DNA of 64,000 bases. It comes from an uncultured Fibrobacteria bacterium (GTDB lineage Bacteria; Fibrobacterota; Fibrobacteria; UBA11236). A program made the position numbers and the translations under genes. Below, one piece after another: positions 33,037 through 42,350 of the stretch (within the stretch, counting starts at the first letter, position 1; every line of letters begins with the position of its first letter). The stretch is taken from the NCBI GenBank assembly GCA_963716395.1, contig OY970309.1, positions 608,001 to 672,000 on the forward strand, written 5' to 3'. A model generated the notes under the pieces. The model did not search any database. It was not told the origin of the DNA and saw nothing but the letters and a program-made list of their open reading frames with translations.

Positions 33037-35325
33037 ATGATGGACAGTATGCGATTTACCGTGGCGCTTTTTTGCGTTTTGGAATTGGGATTCAGCGCCA
33101 CACCGATAATGAAATCCGGATCCTGTCCGACTTTGACGCGCTATAACGCGCCTTCTTCGGACGATTGGTCCCAATTTCCCATCAAACCGACGCCCTCTTC
33201 ACAGTTTCCCACCGGGACGCTTCAAAACCCTTTACCGGCAGATTCATCCATCAATTGCATTCAGGTGCCCACCGGCATGCATTTGGAGCTCTGGGCCGAC
33301 GAAACCATGCCGGGTAATATCGCCTATGTCCAGTCCTTTACTTTCGATGAGCGGGGTAGAATGTGGGTTGTTGAACCGCGGGATTATCCCAATACCATCG
33401 TGGCCGCCAGCGGTAACAATCACGATGCCAAGTTCACCGGTGGGCTTGGCCGCATTCTCATACTAGAGGATACCAATGGCGACCACGTCATGGATAAGGC
33501 CACGGTTTTCAAGGACAGCCTGAATCTACCCCAAGGGATAGAAGTGGTAAATGGCGGCGTAGTGGTTGCCATGGGTCCTTATCTGGTTTTCTTTCCCAAT
33601 GTCAATGATCATGCGGGCACACCTAAAATTCTCTGGCAGGGCATGGGCCCCACCGGTAACTATGATACCCATGGCGGAATAAATAGCCTCATGTATGGTC
33701 TGGATAATTGGGTTTACGGGCATACAGGTTATAACACGTGCACGACTTCGAACGGTGACGCGGGCAATGGCGTGAATTGCGGCAATGGAAGCGTTTGGCG
33801 CTTTCAGCATACGGCCATCGGCGACGCCACCACGAATTTTCAGGTTTGGTCCACCGGGCCTTCAAATGCGCATGGCATCGGTCAAATGGAAGACGGAGAA
33901 ATTTTCCAATCCGGTGCTACGGGCTCATCCCATTCCAGCTTTTCCATCGGCAACGGATTGGCTTCCATCTCGGATATCACTAGTAATGGAAGCCCAGCCA
34001 ACGCCTATTATCCGATCACGGGCGATCGCTACTTGTGGGATTTTTCCACCGCAGGTGGAAGCGGAACCGCCAGCGTTTCTACCGCGACATCCGGCCACAA
34101 CTTTTACACTTCGAGAGTTTTCCCGCAAAGATACTGGAGCCGCATGTCCTTCGTTTGTGAGGGCGCCAGCAAGCTGTGCAATCAAGACAGCATGGCTGTC
34201 AACACCAACGGCAGCAATACCGGCAGTGGCTGGAACGCCATTCGTCTTCCCGGCCCCTCGACTTCGAATATCTTCGCCTCCACCGACGCTTGGGTGGCCC
34301 CGATTCTGGTCAAAACCGGTCCGGACGGCGCGCTGTGGGTGTTGGATTGGTACAACTACCTGTTTCTCCACAACCCTGCCTCTCCATCGGGACCTGGCGG
34401 GGCGTGGGTTAACGCTCTGCGCACCAAAACGCGCTGCCGCATTTACCGCATTGTTCCGGACAACGCGACTTTGGACCCCGTTCTCGATCTCACCAACGCC
34501 ACGGATGCCCAATTGGTGGCGACGCTTTCCAATCAAAACTTCTTGTGGCGCATGCAAGCCCAGCGCCTGCTGGTAGGCCGCGGCGCCTCCATTGACACGG
34601 CCACTTTGACCTTGTTGCAAAACATCTTACAGACCAGCCGCGCCGTCGACGCCATCGGCAACGATCCGGCGGTGACCCATGCCGTATGGGTACTTAACGG
34701 CTTGGGTCAATTCACCGCCAACCCGACCCGTTGGAATCCCATCTTGGATACCTTGTTGCACCACCCGGCCTGGGGAACGCGGCGCAACGTATTGATGGCC
34801 ATGCCCCGAACCGCAGCCACAGCGCAGGCTATCAGCGATGCATGCATGGTCAATGATGTCCATGGACATGTGCGCCTGCAAGCCCTCTTCGCCTTGGCGG
34901 CCTCGCCCAAAATTACCAGCCCCACGCCGATTTGGTCGACCTACGCCAATGTGGATGCCGCGGCCACGAGCGCTGTCCAATCAGCCGGTCTTGCGACTTC
35001 GGCATCCATGCCTTGCACTCCGACCTATGCCACCGCCGTGCAGCAACCTGCCACGATGTCTTCGCAACCTCGAAACGACGTGCATTTCGATGTTACCGCA
35101 GATGGGTTTGCATTGAAGCCCTACGGTCAATTGCCTTCGGGCGAACTGGTGGTTTACAACATTCGTGGAGAAGTTGTGTTCCGCTCCGAATACGACGAGA
35201 GCCGGTTTCAATGGTCCCAGGCTTCGGCCAAAGGTTTGCACAATCCGTTGTATTTCTACGTGTACCGTCCGTTCAGCGGAATTGGGATACAAAGCGGAAG
35301 CATTCCGATTGGGGTGAGTTACTAG
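33037..35325 (+). CDS. Secreted PVC-type 'membrane-bound dehydrogenase' beta-propeller + HEAT-like repeats + T9SS-like tail
   Basis: FDERGRMWV.E..DYPN, RILILEDTNGD..D, DTHGG, GLDNWVYG, GPDGALWVLDWYN and RIYRI motifs. No CxxCH. Tail VYNIRG..YFY. Confidence 0.82.
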   Translation: MMDSMRFTVALFCVLELGFSATPIMKSGSCPTLTRYNAPSSDDWSQFPIKPTPSSQFPTGTLQNPLPADSSINCIQVPTGMHLELWADETMPGNIAYVQSFTFDERGRMWVVEPRDYPNTIVAASGNNHDAKFTGGLGRILILEDTNGDHVMDKATVFKDSLNLPQGIEVVNGGVVVAMGPYLVFFPNVNDHAGTPKILWQGMGPTGNYDTHGGINSLMYGLDNWVYGHTGYNTCTTSNGDAGNGVNCGNGSVWRFQHTAIGDATTNFQVWSTGPSNAHGIGQMEDGEIFQSGATGSSHSSFSIGNGLASISDITSNGSPANAYYPITGDRYLWDFSTAGGSGTASVSTATSGHNFYTSRVFPQRYWSRMSFVCEGASKLCNQDSMAVNTNGSNTGSGWNAIRLPGPSTSNIFASTDAWVAPILVKTGPDGALWVLDWYNYLFLHNPASPSGPGGAWVNALRTKTRCRIYRIVPDNATLDPVLDLTNATDAQLVATLSNQNFLWRMQAQRLLVGRGASIDTATLTLLQNILQTSRAVDAIGNDPAVTHAVWVLNGLGQFTANPTRWNPILDTLLHHPAWGTRRNVLMAMPRTAATAQAISDACMVNDVHGHVRLQALFALAASPKITSPTPIWSTYANVDAAATSAVQSAGLATSASMPCTPTYATAVQQPATMSSQPRNDVHFDVTADGFALKPYGQLPSGELVVYNIRGEVVFRSEYDESRFQWSQASAKGLHNPLYFYVYRPFSGIGIQSGSIPIGVSY

Positions 35326-36265
35326 AACCCATCTCATTCGTTTTTGTTCCACCGAAGGCTGAGAAACCGCCGCCGCAGTGCACCGCAACCCGGGGCGCTG
35401 CGGTTGCCGAAGGAAGGGATTAGACGCGTTGAATGCTCCTTGCTGGAACTCCGGTAATTTCATTCACTATTCCGTCCACCACTTCCTTCGGATGCGGAGT
35501 ACGGGGTAGTTCACTAACCCTTTGCTATCAAAAAATTTTCGGTGGCTCGACGTGAACCGATGCAGATCCACCGCGTTCGGTAACGCGAAATGGGAGCGCG
35601 CGTCTTATCCGGTGTGACTTTTGACCGATTCATTTGATCATGCAAGTTTGGCCCGATCGGCGGTCCAGCATCGGATTGGCCTTTCGCCATTCGGAGCAAT
35701 GCCCGTATGACGGACGCCGTCTCCGATGAGGAATGCTCCGGTAAGCGCGCGCAGGGGTGATCAAAAACTTTTTTGGGTTGAAGCGATACCCAAATTGCGG
35801 GGGTCAAAGCGGGACGTCGGCGAAAAATCCAAGCCATCAAGCCCGGTTCCAATTCCGGTGCAAATGTCCTGGAACTCGTGCCCCGGCGGATCGACAAAAG
35901 CAAAGCGTCAACGGGGCGGTTGGGCTTTGCAAAATAATCGGAGCAGGCCAGCCAGATGGCGTCGATGACGCTAAAAAGCCCGAACTGCACAGCGCCCAAT
36001 TCTAGGCTCCGGTTCACTTCTATCCTATAAACCCTTCGAGCAAGAACAGAACAAAAAAGGCGCGGCTCGCCTGTCGGCTCGGATTTTGGTCCGGCCAATG
36101 CATCGTCTGGGATTATGGTTCCGCTTGCCTGCAGGACGAGTTTCTTGGAGCGAAGTAACCGTCGCTTCGAAAAACAACCGAAAAGCTTCGGAATCCCGGA
36201 AGGGAAATCAAACGCGCGTTGGTTTTCGCGGGAAAGAATATCTACGAACCAAAAATGGCGAGATC

Positions 36266-36302
36266 AAAAAACCGGCCGGGAAGATTAATCCCCGTGCCGG
36301 TT
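36266..36302 (-). terminator. Rho-independent terminator after the porin gene
   Basis: AACCGGC..GCCGGTT stem followed by a T run on the minus strand. Confidence 0.6.
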
Positions 36303-36353
36303 GTCAGGTGCGGCGCCCCGATGGGGCAACCGCGTTCACATTTCGCGTTTAGA

Positions 36354-37364
36354 CTAGAGAGCGTACTGAAGGTTGAGTTCGGCAATCGGCTGGTATTTCG
36401 CGCCGTCGGCAGCCGGAGCGAACCCCTGGAAATCCGCCGCAATTTTAACGCCTTTGGCCGGGTCATAATCCAAACCACCAATGATTCGGCTTCCGTCTTT
36501 GCCAGCCTTGTCCCAATCGATGCCATTTATGGACTTCGAACTCAGATAATCAAACCGACCGAAGACGTAGAGGCCTTTTTGAATGTAGTAGGCCGCATTT
36601 CCGGAAAAACCACCCCAGTCATGATCCTTGGTTCCACCATTCGCGGTTTGATAGTCATATTCACCGCCGATCTTGAACACGTCTTTCATTTCATAGGCGA
36701 GGAATCCGCTATAGGTCATTTGCGATTGGGCGGTGTTTTTATTATAGGTGTCCCAATACGCGATGGCCTCGAAACCGCTCATTTTATACTCGGCGGAAAG
36801 CGTACCCATATAATTTCCGTCGGAAGCCTGGGGTTTCGTGTATCCTTCGCCGTTCAACAATTCTCCATTGAGCGTCAGACCATCGGCAACGTTCACGGCG
36901 AGCTTGGCTCCCAAATCCGCCGAATTTGCAAAACCATTCTGATCCATGAAAGTTTTGGCTACGAATCGGTTGCCCCAGAATCCTTCGATGGCATCGAATG
37001 CATTGGTTCCCACCAAACCCATCTGCACCGTGGTCATGGGAAGAATGTCTTTCCATTTCAAACCAGCAGTTTTCAAAAATGCGGTATAGTGGGTATCGCC
37101 ACCGATTCCGCGACCCACATCCAACTTCACATCACCCGACAAGCCGTTGGCATAATCTTCCTTATATCCGAAATAGGCGCGGGTCAAATCGAATTGCGAG
37201 GCCGGGGCCGCATTGTCTTGGAAGTTATACATCCAATCGGCATACACTTTGACAATCGGGGCACCCTTGGGCGTATCCGCCGAGGCAGCATCATCCGCGC
37301 TCGACAAAGCGACGAATGCAGCTAAAGCCATCGATGAATAAAGAATCGTCTTGGGTGTTGGCAT
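36354..37364 (-). CDS. Putative porin / outer-membrane beta-barrel
   Basis: Signal peptide; FDLTRAYFGY, AFLKTA, SADLG and NGEG motifs; terminal LNLQYAL; GGAG RBS. Confidence 0.8.
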   Translation of the reverse strand: MPTPKTILYSSMALAAFVALSSADDAASADTPKGAPIVKVYADWMYNFQDNAAPASQFDLTRAYFGYKEDYANGLSGDVKLDVGRGIGGDTHYTAFLKTAGLKWKDILPMTTVQMGLVGTNAFDAIEGFWGNRFVAKTFMDQNGFANSADLGAKLAVNVADGLTLNGELLNGEGYTKPQASDGNYMGTLSAEYKMSGFEAIAYWDTYNKNTAQSQMTYSGFLAYEMKDVFKIGGEYDYQTANGGTKDHDWGGFSGNAAYYIQKGLYVFGRFDYLSSKSINGIDWDKAGKDGSRIIGGLDYDPAKGVKIAADFQGFAPAADGAKYQPIAELNLQYAL

Positions 37365-38197
37365 ATTCTCACTCCTTTTTTTGTCCTCCGAGCTCTCTGA
37401 ATTTCGAGCCGGTTTGAACGTGATGAGCGGAAACAATAATCAGAAGAATCGAAATATCCCAGTGAAGAAGAAGAGAAAATCAGGTAAGCAATCGATTCGA
37501 TCTTTTTTTTATCGGATCGATGTTTCCAAAGTGTTACCAACTCACAAAATTAGTGATCAATCCAAATAATATTCTTAGCTACCGATTCGGCGATTGATTC
37601 CGGCAATTTTTTGAATTCCGCGCCCTTCCCCGGGACCTTTCCCAGGAGGAAGGGAAGTAGTGAAAATTGGCGCGAAATCCAAAGTGGATGCACATGCGAA
37701 TGATGAATAAATCGACGTTCCGAATATTCGTTTGATCCAATCAAATTCGGCACGAAATGGCTGTTAGAAATAAAATTTGTGCGCGGGTTGCGCCGGTTGA
37801 AAAAATCCCGTCCCCGCTTTTCCAATATCCTTGAAATTCCAACCGGAACCGTAAAAGACGCCTCGCCAACCTTCGCTTTCTCACCCCGGAGAAAAATGCC
37901 GATAGCCGTTTAGTGAAAACCGGCTTCCATCGGCCGCATGGGTTTCTGCGGCCCACCCATACGTATCATACACGTTACTATTGAGGATTCGTCGAGATTC
38001 AAAATATTTCCCGGCCCTATTTGCGGTATGGCGGAAGCCCAACCTGACCCGGAGACCGGGTCGAATTCGGAACCGCTTACCCGCGGCAATCTTTATCAGC
38101 CCCATCCGCTTGGAAGCAATTTTCCCGCTCGAAAAGGCTTCTGTCCGACCGCGATGCCATGTATTTTGAAATACCCAACGGAAAAGGGAGGTAATCA

Positions 38198-39325
38198 GTG
38201 GCCAAAAAAATCAATATCGGTATCGTAGGACTCGGATTCGGGGCGGAGTTCATCCCCATCTACCAGAAGCACCCCCACGCGAACATGCACTCCATCTGCC
38301 AGCGGAATCCGGAGAAGCTGAAGAAAGTCGGAGACGCCTTCAAAGTGGAAAAGCGTTTTATCGACTACGAGGAAATGCTCAAAGATTCGGGATTGGACGC
38401 CGTCCACATCAATTCGCCCATTCCCGACCACGCCGGCATGTCCATTGCCGCACTGAAAGCGGGCAAGCACGTGATGTGCACCGTGCCCATGGCGACCACG
38501 GTGGAAGATTGCCACGCCATCGTGGATACCGTGCGCAGCACCGGATTGACCTATATGATGGCGGAAACCGTGGTTTACGCGCGCGAATTCCTGTTCTTGA
38601 AAGACCTGTATGAAAAAGGCGAGCTCGGCAAAATCCAGTTTCTGCAAGCCAGCCACCATCAGGATATGGACGGTTGGCCTAATTATTGGCCCGGACTTCC
38701 GCCCATGTACTATGCCACCCATTGTGTGTCGCCCTGTCTCGCCTTGACCCGTGCCGATGCGGAAATTGTTTCCTGTTTCGGCTCTGGCACCATCCGCCAC
38801 GAGTTGATCGGCAATTACAACTCCCCCTTCGCGGTGGAAAGCTGCCATATCAAGTTCCGCGGATCGGACCTTTCCGCCCGGGTTTACCGCTCCCTTTTCG
38901 ATACCGCGCGGCAGTACCGGGAAAGCTTCGACGTCTTCGGAAGCAAGAAAACTTTCGAATGGCCGCTGGTCGAAGGAGAACAGCCGATCCTCCACACCGC
39001 GAAGAAACCGGAACACGAAATTCCCGCCCGGGTCAAGGTGCCGGATTTCGCCCACCTGCTGCCGCCGGAAATCCAGCCTTTCACGACTCGAGGCGTTTAC
39101 GATGAGAAGGACAATGCCCATCTCTCCTTCATCCAGGGCGCCGGGCACGGAGGTTCGCACCCGCATTTGGTCCATGCTTTCGTATCGGCGCTGGTCGAAG
39201 GCCGCCAACCTTTTCCCAACCATGTCCAGGCGGCCAACTGGACTTGTTCCGGAATCCTGGCCCACCAATCCGCTTTTCGGAACGGCGAGCCGCTGCGCCT
39301 GCCGGAATGGACTTTTACCTGGTAG
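38198..39325 (+). CDS. Gfo/Idh/MocA family oxidoreductase
   Basis: GIVGLGFG Rossmann motif, ALKAGKHVMCTVPMA and GHGGSH. GTG start with GGAGG RBS. Confidence 0.92.
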   Translation: MAKKINIGIVGLGFGAEFIPIYQKHPHANMHSICQRNPEKLKKVGDAFKVEKRFIDYEEMLKDSGLDAVHINSPIPDHAGMSIAALKAGKHVMCTVPMATTVEDCHAIVDTVRSTGLTYMMAETVVYAREFLFLKDLYEKGELGKIQFLQASHHQDMDGWPNYWPGLPPMYYATHCVSPCLALTRADAEIVSCFGSGTIRHELIGNYNSPFAVESCHIKFRGSDLSARVYRSLFDTARQYRESFDVFGSKKTFEWPLVEGEQPILHTAKKPEHEIPARVKVPDFAHLLPPEIQPFTTRGVYDEKDNAHLSFIQGAGHGGSHPHLVHAFVSALVEGRQPFPNHVQAANWTCSGILAHQSAFRNGEPLRLPEWTFTW

Positions 39326-39366
39326 CCTTCGCCTGAGGCGGGTGCCGGCCCGCGAACAGTTCGAAT

Positions 39367-39394
39367 AAGGGGGCTTGCATGCAAGCCCCTTTTT
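39367..39394 (+). terminator. Palindromic stem-loop / terminator
   Basis: GGGGCTTGCATGCAAGCCCC followed by TTTTT. Confidence 0.65.
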
Positions 39395-39443
39395 CCAATC
39401 TCCGATTGAGGGTAACGCGGCTGATCGGCTCGCCTACATCGGT

Positions 39444-39469
39444 GAGGCCTGAACCCGTCGAAGGCCGAG
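39444..39469. repeat. REP-like motif shared with 55431-55456
   Basis: GAGGCCTGAACCCGTCGAAGGCCGAG versus GAGGCCTGAGCTTGTCAAAGGCCGAG. Confidence 0.6.
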
Positions 39470-39557
39470 TCCGCGCGAGCATCCGCTTACGGTCCGAGCG
39501 ACGAAGGCGAGCGACAGGGCAGAGTTATTTTTCATGTTTCCAGGAAAAGGAATCAGT

Positions 39558-40451
39558 ATGAACATTCGCCCCACAACTTTCGGTGGCCACGCCGCCGTTG
39601 AAATCAAGACGACGCGGGCCCGCATGATCCTCGTTACCGAAACCGGACCTCGCATCGCGCATTTGTCCGCCCTCACGCGCAAAGCCGAAACGCGAAATCT
39701 TCTGTTTTGGGATGACGCCAAGAAACACCGCCGCAAAGAGTGGCGGTTGCACGGCGGCCATCGCATTTGGGCCACGCGTCCCGGAGCCGATGAAGCCGAA
39801 GAAACCTATGCCGCGGACAATGCGCTGTGCGCAGTACGCGTAAACAAGAATCGCGTGGTGGTGGAAGCTCCCGAGTCTTTGGGGATCGCAAAATCCCTCG
39901 CCGTTCGAGTGTTGGACGAGGCGACGTTCGAGGTGAACAACTCCATCGTCAATACGGGCAGCATGCTCTGGTCGGGCGGCGTTTGGAGTTTAACCTGCAC
40001 CGTTCCGACCCGAGCCACCAGCTACGGCATTCCCCTGGGAGATCACAGCGCGTGGGACACCTTCGCCATCGTCATTCCCAGAACCTGGGGCGGCGGACAA
40101 ACCTCGCGTATCAACGACTCCCAGATTTCCATGACCGAACACTGCATGGTCATCAAGCCTGCGGGGCGGCAAAGCAAACGCATGGTGCAGGCCCCGCAAG
40201 GATTGATCGGTATGACCGATACCGCGGAGAAAATTTCCTTCTGGAAGCATTCGCCCTATGTGCGCGGCGCGCCTTACCCGTTGAACTGCAACGTGGCTTT
40301 TTACATCGGTCCGAAAAATTTCATGTTTGAAATGGAAACCATGGGGGCCGAGAAAACCTTGAAGCCGGGCGAGGCGGCCCGCAATGTCGAAACCTGGGCC
40401 CTGCGCGATCCCGTGGATTGGAAAAAAGCGAAAAGCTTCGCGATTGATTAG
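39558..40451 (+). CDS. Conserved protein, DUF4380/galactose mutarotase-like fold candidate
   Basis: TETGPRI, GGHRIW..P and FEMETMG..L.PGE...E.W motifs. Confidence 0.7.
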   Translation: MNIRPTTFGGHAAVEIKTTRARMILVTETGPRIAHLSALTRKAETRNLLFWDDAKKHRRKEWRLHGGHRIWATRPGADEAEETYAADNALCAVRVNKNRVVVEAPESLGIAKSLAVRVLDEATFEVNNSIVNTGSMLWSGGVWSLTCTVPTRATSYGIPLGDHSAWDTFAIVIPRTWGGGQTSRINDSQISMTEHCMVIKPAGRQSKRMVQAPQGLIGMTDTAEKISFWKHSPYVRGAPYPLNCNVAFYIGPKNFMFEMETMGAEKTLKPGEAARNVETWALRDPVDWKKAKSFAID

Positions 40452-40646
40452 AACGCGTCGGGTACCGCGAATTGGCGATTAACCGGCTTTCCGACCCGAC
40501 CTCCGAGTTTTCACCGGGGTATCTGCAACGGTACTCCGGCGCCGCGTTCCGATGGTTTTCGCCCCATTTTTTCCTCATCGCGATGCGACCGGCCCCTTTG
40601 TGCCGACTTACCTTTTCAGCGAGGTTCAAGAAAGCGTCAGGCAGTT

Positions 40647-42203
40647 TTGTCCGGTCCATCCCGTTTTGCCTGGCTGTGCAAAATCCGCGATTCGGATTGC
40701 GCTTATGAAGTGTCGCGCGATATTTTCTTGCGCTGCCAAGGCGCCTTGTATTGCATCGCTTTCTTGGTGGCCGCGAATCAACTGCTTCCGCTTTTAGGCC
40801 ACAACGGGCTTTTGCCCATGGATCGATTCCGCACGCGCGGCATCGAATATTTCGGGTCGACTTGGTCTGCATTTTTCCATCTGCCTTCGATTTTCTGGTG
40901 GCATGTTTCCGACGCCTGGCTTTTAGCCCTGGCCTGGACAGGCGTAGGCCTGGCGGCCTTTACGGCTTTGGCCGGCGCTTCGCTTCCCCTGCTGCTGGCG
41001 CTGTGGATCATTTACCAGTCCATCGTCAACATGGGCCAGGTGTTTTACGGCTACGGCTGGGAAACCCTGCTGCTGGAAACCGGATTTCTGTCCTTATTCC
41101 TCTGCCCGGCTGGCATCGGGTTCTACCCGCTGCGAAAGCCGCCGCCGGCGCGCGCCGTGTTCTGGCTCTTGCGCTGGCTGTGCTTCCGCCTCATGTTCGG
41201 CGCCGGCATGATCAAACTGCGCGGCGATCCCTGCTGGATTCATCTGACCTGCATGGATTACCACTACGAAACCCAGCCGTTACCCAACCCGCTCAGTCCC
41301 TGGCTGTATCATTTGCCGCATGCCTGGCATCGGGTCGAAAGTGCCGGCTCGCTGTTCGTGGAGGTGATCATCCCCTTCCTGGTGTTCGGCCCGCGCCGCC
41401 TGCGAATTCTGGCCGGAGCCTTGATGATATTCTTTCAGGGGATTTTGATCCTGAGCGGCAATCTCTCCTGGCTCAACTACGCCACCATCGCCATCTGCTT
41501 TGCCTGTTTCGACGACGGGGTGTGGCGCCGCGTGTTGCCGCGCCCGGTGTTCCGGTGGCTGGCGGGACGGAAGACCACCGATTCCGCGCCGCCGGAAACA
41601 GCCGCGACGGGCCGCGTGCGGGTGTGGATCGTTCGGGCACTGCTGGCCGTGATGGCCGTGCTCAGCGTGCGGCCCGCCTGGAATCTCGTCAGCCCCAACC
41701 AAGAGATGAACGCCTCATTCGATCCGCTGCATCTGGTCAATGCCTATGGAGCCTTCGGCAGCGTGGGGCGGGAGCGCAACGAAATCATTCTTTCCGGCAC
41801 CCGGGAGGATCCGGCTTCGGATACGGCCCATTGGCGCGAGTATGAATTCAAATGCAAACCGGGAAGCGTGAACCGGCGGCCCTGCGTGGTCGCCCCCTAC
41901 CAGTTGCGCCTCGATTGGCAAATGTGGTTTGCGGCCATGGAATCGCCGGAAGACAATCCCTGGCTGTTCCGCCTGGTGTGGCAATTGTTGCAAAACCGCC
42001 CCGGAGCTTTGAGCCTCATCGCGGGCAACCCCTTTCCGCATAAGCCCCCGCGCTCTATCAAGGGTGATTTGTACCGCTACCACTTTGCGGGGCGGGACGC
42101 ACCCCCGGGCGTGTGGTGGCGGCGTCAAAAACTGGGCGTGTATTTTCCACCTTTATATCTCGATCACGGCGATCTCAAAGCTGCGGATCAAACAAGCCCG
42201 TAA
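40647..42203 (+). CDS. Lipase maturation factor family membrane protein (start uncertain)
   Basis: YGYGWETLLLETGFL, GMIKLRGD.CW, HYETQPLPNP, GNLSWLN and RLDWQMWFAA motifs. Confidence 0.92.
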   Translation: MSGPSRFAWLCKIRDSDCAYEVSRDIFLRCQGALYCIAFLVAANQLLPLLGHNGLLPMDRFRTRGIEYFGSTWSAFFHLPSIFWWHVSDAWLLALAWTGVGLAAFTALAGASLPLLLALWIIYQSIVNMGQVFYGYGWETLLLETGFLSLFLCPAGIGFYPLRKPPPARAVFWLLRWLCFRLMFGAGMIKLRGDPCWIHLTCMDYHYETQPLPNPLSPWLYHLPHAWHRVESAGSLFVEVIIPFLVFGPRRLRILAGALMIFFQGILILSGNLSWLNYATIAICFACFDDGVWRRVLPRPVFRWLAGRKTTDSAPPETAATGRVRVWIVRALLAVMAVLSVRPAWNLVSPNQEMNASFDPLHLVNAYGAFGSVGRERNEIILSGTREDPASDTAHWREYEFKCKPGSVNRRPCVVAPYQLRLDWQMWFAAMESPEDNPWLFRLVWQLLQNRPGALSLIAGNPFPHKPPRSIKGDLYRYHFAGRDAPPGVWWRRQKLGVYFPPLYLDHGDLKAADQTSP

Positions 42204-42350
42204 CGTCCACCATGGATTTTCTTTTTGTAAAAAAATGCCAAGCATTCTGTAGTTGCGATTTCCAATAAAATCATCGCGGCCTCAAGGTGAAATTTTTACA
42301 GCCCCCGCTCCGGGATGCATCTTTGCAATTAGTCACCGAGGGTTTTCGCC

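Noticed and set aside
35514-36098. 194-aa minus-strand ORF
   Set aside because: It has no recognisable motif, atypical composition and no convincing start, so I did not call it as a CDS.
37424-37437. TGAGCGGAAACAAT resembling half of the lac operator
   Set aside because: It is a half-site only, with no vector context and no LacI gene in the window.
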